From Octopus bimaculoides (Eukaryota), in contig NC_068982.1 in assembly GCF_001194135.2 (NCBI RefSeq), positions 152,617,670 through 152,681,669 on the forward strand: a stretch of 64,000 nucleotides of DNA, read 5' to 3'. A model generated the notes under the pieces. That model had not been told where the DNA came from and made no database searches. It saw only the letters and a program-made list of their open reading frames with translations. Both the position numbers and the translations under genes were made by a program. Below, piece by piece: positions 40,513-54,757 of the stretch. The stretch's first letter is position 1, and the number at the start of each line of letters is the position of its first letter.

Positions 40513-42968
40513 AATTAAAGTAAGTGACAGAGGAAGAAAAACTGAAATGTTGACGCAACACTTAATTACGCTTGCTGTTAATAATAGGTAGAGTGACAAT
40601 GTTTTAGAAAAGTTCTCAACTCTGTGATGCATAAATGAATGGCTAAATTAAATTTTATAAGCGGCAGAGAAGAGATGAATACATTTCAGTGACTTTAATA
40701 ATGTATATTATTTCAATCTACACATTAGATTTTTTTGTGATTATTGATCTTGTCATCAATCAAGAGTGATAAGGCTATACGCAAACAATACTTGTCATAT
40801 AGAAAATAAACGTATGGTCACAAATGGAGAATATACAAATTACTTGTTTTCGGTTTAACTCAGTTGTTTTCAGATACTTTTGGCTTAACCCTTGTATGCA
40901 CTTGAATGTGAGAGAGAAGAAAACGGAAGTATGAAGGTGGTATAAGAAACAAAGAAACAGGCTGAGTCGCAAACACGGAGAAAGAAATTGACAGAGAAAT
41001 GAAGAGACAGATTCATCGAATGAAAATGAATAATAAAAGTAGAGAGAAATTTATGTAAGAAAAATAAAGAAGGAGAGAGAGGAAGTGAGTGAGAGAGAGA
41101 GAGGAGAAAAAGAAAGTGGGGAGAGAGAGCGCGCGAGTGAGTGAGAGTCTGAAGAAGAAAGAAGGAAAGACAGTTTGATATAATATGTTATCGCGTCTAC
41201 TGTTTCTAACAGATCGAATGACAAGGACTTTTAGAATTGATCACCACCTTACGCTAACATTAGTTTATAACTTTCTGCCTTTTTCTCAGCTTCTTTCTTG
41301 AATTAAACACAAACTCTTGTCTCTGTCAAATTTGTGATATATAAATGAACGTCCGACTCTAATTTTAAAAGTAGTAAAATTACAAAATAAAAATTGAATA
41401 TACGATTTAGATTGGCCATATTTAGATTGGCCATCGTGATTCACCCAGGATACTATTTTCCAGTTTTCACACGTCATCGTAATAATGCTAGCTCTAGCAT
41501 AGTTTTGATTGTCAAGGCTAAAACAAACTAAAAAACGATCTGTTGAAGTCATTTATTTACCGAATTACTAAAACTGCAAAATAAATATTATATTTATGAT
41601 ACATTACGCCTTCGTGTTCACTTGACAGAATATAAAATAAATTTAATAAATAATCGGTATTTCTTTAAATTTCTTTCCCCAGGGCAATGGAAAAATAATT
41701 TGAAAATATTTCTGGCATATCTTTTGAATATTTTAACTTTAATCTTTGGTTATATTTTTATTAATATTTCTCGTTTTACAATAGCTCCCAATAATATTAA
41801 TTTACTTAGTAAGTTAATAAGAAATAAAATATACATATAGCATCTTTTAGTATATAAATTGCTGGGCAGTTATTAATCACGCAGAGTGGAAGAACCATTA
41901 AAGTTATTACTGAATGTTACGCATTGTTTAGCTACGTCTGGGTTTTTTTTGTCTCGAGATCAAATCTCATCAGTCAATTTATCCTTAAATTTTTGTGCCT
42001 TTAAAATATACTATTAATCAAGTACTAGTGCTGATAGTGACAACTCTACAGGTTCAAAGGAAACTGTGGGTTATGGGGTAAATCATTATTGACATTATTA
42101 TGAGCAAAAAGCTCCTTCTGTTTCTATTCACAAACAGTGAATTAATTATTGCTGCATGGCCAAATAATCGAGCAGTTCCCTTCGTAATTATATGCTTCTA
42201 GTTCTCATTGAAGTACACACAATTGTGAGCAATTTTTTCACTTTTATAACGCATTTCAAACTAAAGCATAAAAGGCTAATTACTAGACAAATTGCTAATC
42301 AGGTGTTCATTCTCGTCACACTCCGTGTTACCGTAAGTCTGTTTAGACATTACACTAAGAGTAGAAGTGTCCGTGGTATACATAATATCTTACATTTTGA
42401 TACTGTATATAGATAGGTCCCTTGATTACACAAACAGAATATGTCACATACCCGAAAATAAACTCACATTTATATGTATATAAAAGAATTGCAGAAGACC
42501 AAATATTCTGGAATGAAATTTATCATGGTACGTGACAAAACTGGTACCAAAGATTTGTAAACCCTACAAGAGATATCTGATTTATTGGCTTGAAGTGGAG
42601 ATACAATTAAAAACCGTCTAACAGCCAAAATATCTTACGCCAGGTTTTCTGTTCGGTCAAACAAGATATGTTTCTGATTTCATTGTCCTACCATACATCT
42701 ACCTTAACTGGAACGACAATTGGTAACACAGCTTGAAGTACGGTAATATTTTCTGCAAACTATGGAACAGTTCTTTAAAGAAATATGTATGTATATCTAT
42801 ATGTATATATATATGTCTATCTAATATCTATGTATATATTTGCCAATTTTAAATTATGATAACGGCACTGAATTCCGACAGATATGCAGCATAATTAAAT
42901 AATTTGTAAGGAGTAGGAATCCGTTTGAATACAGAACATTACTGGAATAGGTATATATATATATATTG

Positions 42969-43014
<46 letters not shown>

Positions 43015-43752
43015 TATATATATATATGTATATATATATGCATATATATGTGTATAAATGTATATGCATGTATGTGTGTATGTATGTGGTCAAAGCTTTT
43101 GCAGATGGCATAACTAGAACGTTCCTTACTCTGGATTACCTTACATCGAGAGATAACAATTATATAGTAAAATATAGGACTTCAGTAAACTTGGTTCTGA
43201 ACAAGTGGCAATGATAACAAGCAGAAACTCCATGATTTTTATAGTTACGGTATGCTTATAAAGTGATATAATCTAAGAATGATTAAAAATTAACTTTGGT
43301 TAAAACGTATTAAATCGTTTGAAAGGTCAATATATGAAATTGCATATTGACCAACGAAACGTAAATATGAAATAGGTATGTTTAATAGTTACTTTATAAA
43401 ATAATAATGTGTTAGAATTTGATTGAAGTCGAATATTACTAAATTTGTTGCTTTTGTTTCTATAGTAATATTTAAACGGTAATTTCTATAGAGGAAAATA
43501 TAATTAAATAGAAACAAAATACGACTCGACAGTAATTACATTTTATTACCATAGTTAGACTAGATAGTTTATTTTGCTGTTTATTTAAAAAAGACTGATT
43601 AAATATTCAATTTTAAGAGAAAGTCGGTGTTTTATAATGCATTTAGAAAAAATATACAAAGGCGTACACACATATTATTACATAAGTGTACAGAAACGGA
43701 TGGATGAACAGGCACACATAAATACTCAGATAGATAGGGATGGATAGAAAAG

Positions 43753-43800
<48 letters not shown>

Positions 43801-44402
43801 NNNNNNNNNNNNNNNNNNNNNNNNNNNNNNNNNNNNNNNNNNNNNNNNNNNNNNNNNNNNNNNNNNNNNNNNNNNNNNNNNNNNNNNNNNNNNNNNNNNN
43901 NNNNNNNNNNNNNNNNNNNNNNNNNNNNNNNNNNNNNNNNNNNNNNNNNNNNNNNNNNNNNNNNNNNNNNNNNNNNNNNNNNNNNNNNNNNNNNNNNNNN
44001 NNNNNNNNNNNNNNNNNNNNNNNNNNNNNNNNNNNNNNNNNNNNNNNNNNNNNNNNNNNNNNNNNNNNNNNNNNNNNNNNNNNNNNNNNNNNNNNNNNNN
44101 NNNNNNNNNNNNNNNNNNNNNNNNNNNNNNNNNNNNNNNNNNNNNNNNNNNNNNNNNNNNNNNNNNNNNNNNNNNNNNNNNNNNNNNNNNNNNNNNNNNN
44201 NNNNNNNNNNNNNNNNNNNNNNNNNNNNNNNNNNNNNNNNNNNNNNNNNNNNNNNNNNNNNNNNNNNNNNNNNNNNNNNNNNNNNNNNNNNNNNNNNNNN
44301 NNNNNNNNNNNNNNNNNNNNNNNNNNNNNNNNNNNNNNNNNNNNNNNNNNNNNNNNNNNNNNNNNNNNNNNNNNNNNNNNNNNNNNNNNNNNNNNNNNNN
44401 NN

Positions 44403-44447
<45 letters not shown>

Positions 44448-45284
44448 CCAAATTTAGATTCAGGTCGATAGCTGGAGAACAAAATGAAAATACGTCCTCT
44501 GCTATATTCGATCTACGAATATCAGATATAACTATGAGCTGCAACATTTTATGTTCATGAGCCTACCATTCAGCGTTTTGCACATTCAGCATTATTAACA
44601 ATTGGCTGATGTTCCTTTCCTTTCCTTCCATTTTACTGATTTTGTTCCATAGAATATACTCAGTGAAATGCAGACCATCATGTGACCAATTATCGATAAG
44701 ATACATGTTCAGCAGTATGTAGTAATGTCCAAGAGAAAATGAAATGCTTAAGAATACTATCAGTGCGACCATTGCAACATATGCTGGTTTTACTGAGTCC
44801 ACCTATGCTCTGAACCAGCAGATCTATGATCAACGGCTTTCAAGCCATATCAGTATTTTTAATTAATTAGAGAGTATGTAAGGGTTTTATTTCTACCCGT
44901 TCGACCGCTTACATAGAAACTCACTTGTAAAACTAAAGACATTTTTAAAGAGAGTGCATTATAGATATAAAGCCAGTGAATATAGCAATTCATATTCCAG
45001 AAACATACATTCTGTATATGCCGTAACTCACAATTTTAACAACCGAAGAGATCCACAAAGAAATAGCTTGCGTGGTAAGCATAGCGAGTTAGAGATATCG
45101 ACTGAATTTCCCTACAGTTACACAATACTAGTTTAAGAAACATCGATCAGTTTAGAAAATGCAAACTCTGACATACAGAAACACGCTATGTTGATGGGTA
45201 GAGGACTTTCAATCTGCTGAAACAGAGATGGCTGACCTTGAGCCAAACAATTACCCCAGCAGCAGCAATAACAGGAAGAAGTTA

Positions 45285-45674
45285 TAGAGTATACCATAGT
45301 AAGAAGCTTGCTTCCCAACCACATGGTTCTGGATTCAGTTCCACTACGCAGCACCTTGGGCAAGTGTCTTCTACTATAGCCTCGGGCCGATCAAAGCCTT
45401 GTGAGTGGATTTGGTAGACGGAAACTGAAAGAAACCTGTCACACACACACACACACACATATATATATGTATATATTTGTGTGTTTGTGTCTGTGTTTTT
45501 TCCTCCACCATCGCTTGACAACCGATCTTGTTTTGTTTACGTCCCCGTAAATTAGCAGTTTGGCAAAAGAGCCCGATAGGACAAGTACCAGGCTTTACAA
45601 AGAATAAGTCCAGGGGTCGATTTCTTCGACTAAAAGGCGGTGTTCCAGTAGGGCCACAGCCATATTGACTGAAA
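45285..45674 (+). mobile_element. Family-C CORE-like SINE, nearly full length, running into a gap
   Basis: AGAAGCTTGCTTCCCAACCACATGGTTCTGGATTCAGTTCC head, CCTTGGGCAAGTGTCTTCTACTATAGCC block, internal CA/TA repeat, AAGTACCAGGC...GGGGTCGATT tail. Confidence 0.88.
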
Positions 45675-45684
45675 NNNNNNNNNN

Positions 45685-45760
<76 letters not shown>

Positions 45761-47139
45761 GGAAAGATAGATAAATTTGTTGGGTGTATGTATGTATGCA
45801 TGTGTGAGTATGTAATCCAGTCGCAAATCGTGTTCTATCCAAGTTATATTCTTCACACCGATAATAGTGATGTTTAATAGTGAACGTTTCTTTCTTATAT
45901 TAAAATATACTAATTTTGTGCTCTGCCAGAAAAAAACTCAATATTTAGCTGCATAACATGAAATTATGAACATTTTAAAGAATTCTTTTGAGTTTCTGTA
46001 GTTGAGGTCATATTTCTTGACGTTTTAGTAACTATCATGATGCGCAAAATAAGATGAACTTGGATCTCTTTTCGGAGGTTGATTACCTTTAAATTTTGCA
46101 TAGAATTCCAAACTCAAAAATGTAATCAGTTCGTTTCTTCACTTGGACACTCGAAGATTTATGTTTGGAACCGAATCATGAGTTAGGTTGCAGACGTCGT
46201 AGTTCTTGGAGAACATATTCGCGGAGAAATGTTAGGAAATTGGATGTGAAGTATAATGGAAATGACAAAGAATGGGCAATGTTTAGCGATGTGTATACTG
46301 CTTTTTTCAAGAGTAGAAACCGTCATAGTTTTCATAGAAAGTTAGAGGAATAATTGTATTGAAGTGCATATATAGTTGTAGAAGGAAAGTGAGTGCAGAT
46401 TTGACAACCAGTCAGAACAATCACGTTTTTTGATGATTTTGTTTGTAGCAACTCTCCCGTCTTGTAATGCGTGACCAGGTCTCTGTGAGAGAGCCTCTTA
46501 CCTTCAAAAAAGCTTAGAAATGATCAGAGATGACTTTCTGGGCACGGAGAGAATGCGAATGCCTTTGAGACGAAGATTTAGTTATGTTACATTTGAGAAG
46601 GAAGGGGTCACTAAAAGGAGTCACACCAGATATTGAGAGGCTACAAAAATCACTTTGAAGTCGTTGACTGTGGAATTTAACATAACATACGCGAAACAGG
46701 AAAATATTCATTAGTAATATAAAATGCTAAGGATTTTATTGTTTTCATATTAAGAGTTTTGATCAGAATTCCGAACTACAATTTGAACACCGACAAACAA
46801 ACCTTTATTTTCCAAAGGTCATTTAATTTTTTTATTCATGCAAGGTGAATATTCACGAAATTATCAAGTGGAACGGGACAGTTTTATAACTAATGACCTT
46901 TTCACCTGATACTACAGCTAAAAACAGACTAAATATTTGATACTAGAATATAAAATGATAACACTCTTGACGTTCACGTCTGCTAATTAAACATTAGGGA
47001 AAAGTAGAGAGGAAAGGGGCAGTTCCAGTTGACAAAAGAGGCAAAAGGTTAGGTAAATGAGAAATTATATTCTATGTTAGCAGCTCTTGTATGTTTGAGT
47101 ATGCGTGCGCATAATACATATATGCATGTATTTCTATGC

Positions 47140-47209
<70 letters not shown>

Positions 47210-47615
47210 TTGGATGTGTGTTTCTATTTGCTTCACTGCAATTGATTGTGTGCAAATAGGCGATAATATCTCTCGCCCTCCTTTATTTCTTCTTTAACTC
47301 AAACTCTTTCACTCTCTCTCTCTCTCTCTCTCNNNNNNNNNNNNNNNNNNNNNNNNNNNNNNNNNNNNNNNNNNNNNNNNNNNNNNNNNNNNNNNNNNNN
47401 NNNNNNNNNNNNNNNNNNNNNNNNNNNNNNNNNNNNNNNNNNNNNNNNNNNNNNNNNNNNNNNNNNNNNNNNNNNNNNNNNNNNNNNNNNNNNNNNNNNN
47501 NNNNNNNNNNNNNNNNNNNNNNNNNNNNNNNNNNNNNNNNNNNNNNNNNNNNNNNNNNNNNNNNNNNNNNNNNNNNNNNNNNNNNNNNNNNNNNNNNNNN
47601 NNNNNNNNNNNNNNN

Positions 47616-47698
47616 GGTGGAATTTGAACTCAGAACACAAAGACAGACGAAATACCGCTAAGCATTTCGCCCGGCGTCCTAACGCTTCTGCCAGCTCA
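47616..47698 (-). mobile_element. Family-B SINE head (remainder lost in a gap)
   Basis: GGAATTTGAACTCAGAAC..GACGAAATACCGCTAAGCATTTCGCCCGGCG..TTCTGCCAGCTC. Confidence 0.85.
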
Positions 47699-47970
47699 CT
47701 GTCTACACACACACATATATATATATATTGAAAGAGAGAAAAAATGAGTGAGAGAAAATGAGAGTGCGTCGAGTATTTGTGAGTAAGCTAGGGCGACCTA
47801 TGAAAGGAAGAAGCTTAAGTAGTCTTACGCAGCATGAACAAAATTTTTTAATTTCTCTTTCAAACATATCAACAGTATCAACATGTTAGATTCCAGATTG
47901 TCATAGAGAATAAAGAACATAGTAACTCGGAGCTTGGAAACTGCCAGCTTCCTGAACTTATTTGGGCTAT

Positions 47971-48290
47971 TCATGTTGAGGGGCGTTTAGTAACTATCAC
48001 CGGGCTCTGAACATAAGTATGAGGCATGTAGAAGAGATGTGTAATATATGACCAAGATAAATTACAATTATCCGTGAACAGGCTTAACCCAGACGGCTGT
48101 AGACACTTAGTAGGTGTCCGGACTCCTGTTGATACATCAAATGGGGTCCGAACAAAAATCTTCCCAGGACAAAACCCACTCTGGTCTTTGTGAATGAGTA
48201 AAAGACCATGGAAGAATTTCTGAATAGCATAGGGCACAACATCAGGTTGTAATAAAATGATCTTTAAACGAACCTCAACATTTAATGACG
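47971..48290 (-). pseudogene. Non-LTR (RTE/L1-like) reverse transcriptase fragment with internal deletion
   Basis: LIHKDQSGFCPGK (QxGFxPGR motif) joined to PFDVSTGVR (PFxVxTGVRQG motif) in ORF 47971-48297. Confidence 0.5.
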
Positions 48291-48308
48291 TTTTCAATTT
48301 TGTGTTTG

Positions 48309-48526
48309 TTTAAAGATGGCGGACTGGCAGAAACGTTGGCACGCCGGGCGAGATGCTTATCGGTATTTCGTCTACCGTTAGGTTCAGAGTTCAAATTCCG
48401 CCCAGGTCGACTTTGCCTTTCAGCCTTTCTGGGTCGATAAATTATGTACCAGTTACGCACTGGGGTCGATGTAATCGACTGGCCCCCTCACACCAAATTT
48501 CGGGCCTTGTGCCTCGAGTAGAAAAG
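48309..48526 (+). mobile_element. Family-B SINE (short-tail variant) with 13-bp TSD
   Basis: TSD AATTTTGTGTTTG at 48296-48308 and 48527-48539; A and B boxes; tail AAATTTCGGGCCTTGTGCCTCGAGTAGAAAAG. Confidence 0.92.
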
Positions 48527-48633
48527 AATTTTGTGTTTGAATTTTTCAAAGATATGGTATGATGTACTTTTTATTATGTTAATTTTTGTAATAGGTTTGT
48601 CATATAATTAATGCAATATTTTACATCCCAAAG

Positions 48634-49012
48634 GCGGCGAGCTGGCAGAAACGTTAGCACGCCAAGCCAAATGCGTAGGGGTATTTCGTCTGCCGTTATG
48701 TTCTGAATTCAAATTCCGCAGAGGTCGACTTTGCCTTTTATCCTTTCGGGGTCGATAAATTAAGTACCAGTTACGCACTGGGGTCGATGTAATCGACTTA
48801 ATCCTTATCCTTGTTTGTCCCCTCTATGTTTAGCCCCTTGTGGGCAATAAAGAAATAAGAAACATTAGCACGCTGGGCGAAATGCTTAGCAGTATTTCGT
48901 CTGTCCTTATGTTCTGAGCTCAAATTCCGCCGAGGTTGCATTTGCCTTTCATCTTTTTGGGATCGATAAATTAAGTACCGAAATTTCGGGCCTTCTGCCT
49001 AGGAAAGAAAAG
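48634..49012 (+). mobile_element. Family-B SINE dimer (long-tail unit joined via AGAAAC to a short-tail unit)
   Basis: Flanked by AATATTTTACATC(CCAAAG/TCAGAG) at 48615-48633 and 49013-49031. Internal junction ...AATAAGAAAC|ATTAGCACGCTGGGCG. Confidence 0.9.
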
Positions 49013-49597
49013 AATATTTTACATCTCAGAGATGTGTTCATAAACTACAAATAATAAAAGTAAAATTATGATTAAAACGTTCTTGTTCGTTTTGTTGTAG
49101 GAGTGCGATTTGTTCTCAAGGTCTTTTTCTAGGGAATTTTGTCCTAGTGAGGTTTTGTCCTACACTCGCGTCATTAACATCTTCAACGAAACTATGAATG
49201 TTATTCGCCAGCCATCTCAAATTTGTAAAGTTGCAGAAAGATATTGGATAGAAAACTTGCGTAATATAAAGTGGGGAGTTCATGACATGTAACATTTGGA
49301 AGGGTAGCGAATATAATAATCCCAACTTCATATACCAGTGTTCACTTGATTTGAACTCCGCTTCTGAGATGTCATCGACCCGGGAAACTATAGTCACCCC
49401 GTCCATGTTGTCATGATCTCGCTGGTTGCTACTCTTGTCATGTTTCACGTTGTCAGTGAGCAGGGGCCAATCGATCCTGACATACAGTCGTTACTGTGGA
49501 AGGTAGGTGAGGGATGGGGGTTGTTCAGTGTAACTAGATCGATTTTTGTTTATTCCTGTCAGTTGTCTCGATTTCGCAGGTTTATCTATCTGCCGGC

Positions 49598-49644
<47 letters not shown>

Positions 49645-50553
49645 CAAATCGCTCCCTTTATGTATAGTTACATCAACCCCATATATGTACATGTGTGTGT
49701 GTGTGCGTGTATGTGTGTGTGTGTGTGTGCGTGTGTGCGTGTGTGTGTGTGTGTGTTTNNNNNNNNNNTGTGTGTGCGTGTGTGCGTGTGTGTGTGTATG
49801 TGTTTGTGTATGTATGTATATATACTATGATGACTGGAATTTCAAGTTTCGCCTGTCAGCGTTTTCAGTCTGTGGAAGAAACATAGCCTCATCATGTATT
49901 TATAAAAAGCAGGAAAATTTATACAATAAGTGGGAGTGTAAAATGGGTTTTATTTTTAATAAAGGAATAAAAATTTTATAAGATACCACAGTGCTTAAAA
50001 GTCAAGAAGCAAATTAAGCGAATAAATCAGTCGAAAGAATTGGTAAAGGGGATGTGTAGGACGTGAGTGGAGAATGTACAATAACAAACAAAAGGGTTGA
50101 GAATGTTTATTAGATGGAGGTTGCGAAAAGGTTGTTTAAATTAATATGGCAGGTATAATTGCTACGTTACTTTTTACGTTAAACAGATCACACAGGGAAG
50201 TTATTATCAATAACTTGCATAATAGATTCCTTCAAGTTTCCTTCATTAATTTTCCATTTTTAGTGCTACAAGGTACTGAGAACAATAGTTCAGCAAGTTC
50301 AAGGTATCTTGTAAATGAACTGACTTTTAGGATGTTTTACTTAGCTTTCGTAAAAAATTTTAGAGAAGGAAAATATTTAATTTTCTATGGTCTCAATGGA
50401 AAAATGCATTACTTACACTAAATTTCAAAATCATTAATAGCGTGCGGGTTGGGTAACATTACCACAACCAAATAAATATGGGATTAGGGCTAATGGATTA
50501 AATGTAAAAAGTGTAGAGAAAGTGAATCAGACGAGCTTATGGAAACCATGGCT

Positions 50554-50697
50554 AGGCGCAGACGTTGCAGTGTGGTAAGAAACTTGCTTCCCAACCACAT
50601 GGTTTCGGGTACAGTCCCACTGCGTTGTTCCTTCGGTAAGTGTCTTCTACTATAGCCTCGGGTGAGTGGATTTGATAGATGGAAACTGAAAGAAGCT

Positions 50698-50738
<41 letters not shown>

Positions 50739-51021
50739 NNNNNNNNNNGCGTGTGTGTGTGTGTGTGTGTATGTATATATATATGTGTGTGTATATCTAT
50801 GTGCGTATGTCTTTGTGTCTGTGTTTGTCCCTCCATCACCGCTTGATAACCGGTGTTGTTATGTTTATGCCGTCGTAACTTAGCGGTTCGGCAAAAGAAC
50901 CCTGATAGAATAAGTACCAGGCTTAAAAAATAAGTCCTGGGGTCGATCTGTTCGACTAAAACGCTTGAAGGTGTTGCTCCGCATGGCTGCAGTTAAATGA
51001 CTGAAATACGTAAAAGAATAG
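50554..51021 (+). mobile_element. Family-C SINE
   Basis: Same head, CORE-like block and tail as the 45285 copy. Confidence 0.88.
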
Positions 51022-51093
51022 ATTATAGATATTACGTTTTTTATAATCTTTTTGAATAAAAGTAAAGATAAACAAGTATATTTTACTTGTTAC

Positions 51094-51470
51094 CTTTTAC
51101 TTGTTTTAAACTACGGCCCTTGAAAGGTTTAATCAAAGAAATCGACCCCAGTACTTTTTTGTTATAAGCCTGGTACTTATTCCAACGTCCTCTTTTGCCA
51201 AACCGCTAAGTTACAAGGTCGTAAACAAACCAGCACTTGTTGCCAAGCAGTGGTTGGTGACAAGCAGAAACACACGCCTGCATAGATATGTGTGAGTGTG
51301 TGAGTGTGCGTGAATGAGTGAGTGTGTGTGCATGTGTGTGTGTGTGTGCGTGTATACGATGGGCTTCTTTCAGTTTCTCTGTACCAAATCCACATACAAG
51401 TCTTAAACTGACAGTTAAAGGGGCTTCGCAGTGGGACTGAAACAGGAATCATGTGGTTAGAAAGCAGACA
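51094..51470 (-). mobile_element. Family-C SINE, inverted relative to the 50554 copy
   Basis: GAAATCGACCCCAG..GCCTGGTACTTATTC..TTTTGCCAAACCGCTAAGTTAC and GGGCTTCTTTCAGTTTC..TACCAAATCCAC are reverse complements of family-C blocks. Confidence 0.85.
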
Positions 51471-51608
51471 CACGCATATACACACACACGCATACACACA
51501 CACATACACATACATACACAAGCATATACACACACGCATACACACACACATACACACACATACACACGCATACGCACATGCATATACACGCGCGCGCACA
51601 CACACACA

Positions 51609-51998
51609 CATGCGTATCAAGCAGAGGTATTGCATGAAGTTTTTCCAAAAGCTTGTTGATAAACGAGCGCAAACCATTCAGAAGATTCAGCGGAGCTTTG
51701 GCGATGATGCCATGGGCAAAATTCACATCAGGGAGTGGCACAACCGGTTCAAACATGGCTGCAACTCAGGGGAGGACGAAGCATCCTCAGGCAGGCAGGC
51801 AGGCTATCCACAAACCGAAACGAAGAGCCGAATGAGAAACCGAATAAGTATGGAAGACGTCGTGCAACAATCCAATAAATTGCTCACGAAGTGAGAATAA
51901 ACACAGGATCAGTGCATCTATTTTAACGGAGGATTTTACCAACGTGGCATTAGTTTTGGCCGGAAAGATAAAGTCGGATGCTTTATGAATGCACCTCG
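51609..51998 (+). mobile_element. Internally deleted mariner fragment (irritans-like) with 3' TIR
   Basis: [50 protein letters not shown]...EDEASSGR (mariner N-terminal HTH). 3' end ...ATGAATGCACCTCG|TA reads TA-CGAGGTGCATTCAT on the minus strand. The 5' TIR is not seen. Confidence 0.8.
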
Positions 51999-53199
51999 TA
52001 TATATATGCAGATGTATGTATGTATGTATGTATGTATGTATGTATGTATTCACACAAAATACCCCTCCCCTACACATAAGTAACCATTTATTTATTTTGC
52101 ATAATTGAGTATATACTTCTTCCAGATGTTATTTGTTTTGATGTCAGATAAACACTGATCTTACTGTTTTATGATCAAATACTGCGCACCTATGACATAT
52201 AATCTGTTTTGTCAATCATAATATATCTAGCTGCACGCTATCTTGTCAGGTGCTGTGAGAGACAGATTTGCCTCTATCTTGTAGCTGGTTTACAATATGA
52301 GAACTCCGACTTATGGATGAAGTAAACTTGTTGAAATTTTGATTAACCTTGGGATTTTACAATTCTAAAATAAAATAAAATAGAATTCTTTATCAGGAAC
52401 ATAAAAACTGAACGTTGGATATTTAACTAACGTGATATCCAACTTTAGTTGGATATTATTCTTAGTGTGTGGGATGCGTATAGTAATAGCATATGTTGCA
52501 TTTGTATTTATATAGTCTTGTTTTTAAATAAGGTCCAAGAGGGTAAAGAGGAGAAATACGACTGAGAGTAAAACATAGCAAGGCAGATAAATAGATAGCT
52601 AGACAGATAGATAGTGAGGAAGAAACAGGAGAGAAAAAGAGAGATGAATGAATCCTCAAGAGTTGTTAATTTGCAGCTTCAGGACCGACGTAATACACAC
52701 AAGAAACAGCTGAAAAAGCTCTCGTGGGCTTAATTTCGTTGAAGAGTACGTGTACACACGTACACACACGCAAACACTCACACTCACACACACACACACA
52801 CACACACGAACACATACACACACACACTCTCTGTATATATATATATATATACCCCCACCCCACACAATGAGTGTGTCTAGTGTATACTGTATTTCTGTGT
52901 GCGTGTAGGAATGATATTTCTATGAAATCAGGAAAAAACATAACAAAATCCAAAAGTATAAAGAAGAAACATGAAGCAACGTAGAGTAAATTGAATTGTT
53001 TGACATTTTCTGTGGATTATTGAATGGACACTTCTTCCTCTTCAATAATTCCTCACCTTTATTAAATTATGATATTTAATGATCACTCCTTCGAAGAAAG
53101 AAAAAGTGGAAACACTTGATACAAAAAATATTACCATATACCAAACATATACACATAGGTTCTCAAACACGCAAATACGTATTGGTTTACACGCTATGC

Positions 53200-53250
53200 G
53201 CGCACGCACCCATATTTATTCAAACATGCGCGCGCGCACTCATATGTACA

Positions 53251-53293
<43 letters not shown>

Positions 53294-53349
53294 GCACACA
53301 CATGTATGTGTGTAAATATATAAATACGCATAAATATACGTACATAAGA

Positions 53350-53404
<55 letters not shown>

Positions 53405-54062
53405 GTATGTGTATATACATACATAATTACAAACAAGCATATAATAAAAATGCGTGCATACATACACATGTGAGTGTATATGTGTATGTGTGTGTATGCG
53501 TGTAAGTATAACTATGTGTAATCTTCTAAGGATGTAGAATATAATGCTCATGTGTATTTGCGGATGAATTATATATATGATTGCATGCGTACTCGTGAGT
53601 GAACACGCTCAACCGACTGTTAAAGAAATTACAGCTTTGAAGTTAATAGTATTATATCATACTGTTTGTAGGATCAAGAGACAAAACATATAATCAAATT
53701 GTCCATACATAATGTAATGATTCAAATATGAATTTATATATAAATGCATTCTCTCACATACAACACACCACCACAAACATACGTATGACTATATTTGCAT
53801 ATATATATGCACACATACAAACATTATATTATATAGATATTTGCATACATGTATGCTTTTATGGGTATATGTAGAAATATATTATGTGTGTGTATATATG
53901 CGTATAATATATATATATATATGCATATATAGTTATGTATGTGCACACATAAATATACATGTATACGTGCATGTATATATATATATATGTGTGTATATAT
54001 ACATGCATATAAGTATATATATATATGCGTATGTATATATATATNNNNNNNNNNATACATGC

Positions 54063-54095
<33 letters not shown>

Positions 54096-54120
54096 GGCTT
54101 ACACTCGCAATCACACACAC
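53200..54120. repeat. Long degenerate (TA/CA/TG) microsatellite field
   Basis: Seen directly. Confidence 0.9.
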
Positions 54121-54717
54121 ATACATTCATTTTCCTTAATGATTAAAAGTTGGTGCATTTTGTAACTAAATAACATTATGCATATGGTACAAGTATTATC
54201 AAATTATTTTGTGCCTTAATGAGACAAAAGGTTTAAACATAAGAAAACCAAAATATTGTAATAAATGTATAAAAATGATATAAATATTTTAACCCGATAG
54301 AGAATGCTACAAGAAAAAAATAGATTCCCTTTGTGTAGAAACGATAACTTACGTTTCATTTGGAGTCTGAAAGGCTGAATAGATGATATATTAGCTTTAA
54401 CAATTAATATGTTGTGTTTTTGTTGAACGTCACTAATCTGCGCTGAGTCATTGGTCATGGGAATTAATAAAATTTGCTTTAGTTTATCCACTTGGAAATT
54501 AGATAAATATTTGACTAAAATTTTCGGTTTCTTACTGAAGTTGTTCTATTGAAAATAACGAACTGTCCATTGGTTCAAAATAGCAGTTCTGTTAAAGACA
54601 GAATTATCTTCCTCAAAAGATTCTCTTTAAAAGTTCCAATCAGAGGTGCCTATTATTATGACAAATACAAGACCATATGTGTAGATACATACATACACAC
54701 ATGCATGCTTACATATA

Positions 54718-54757
<40 letters not shown>

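Noticed and set aside
46502-46640. Minus-strand AG...GTAAGA-bounded candidate exon
   Set aside because: Stops in all three frames.
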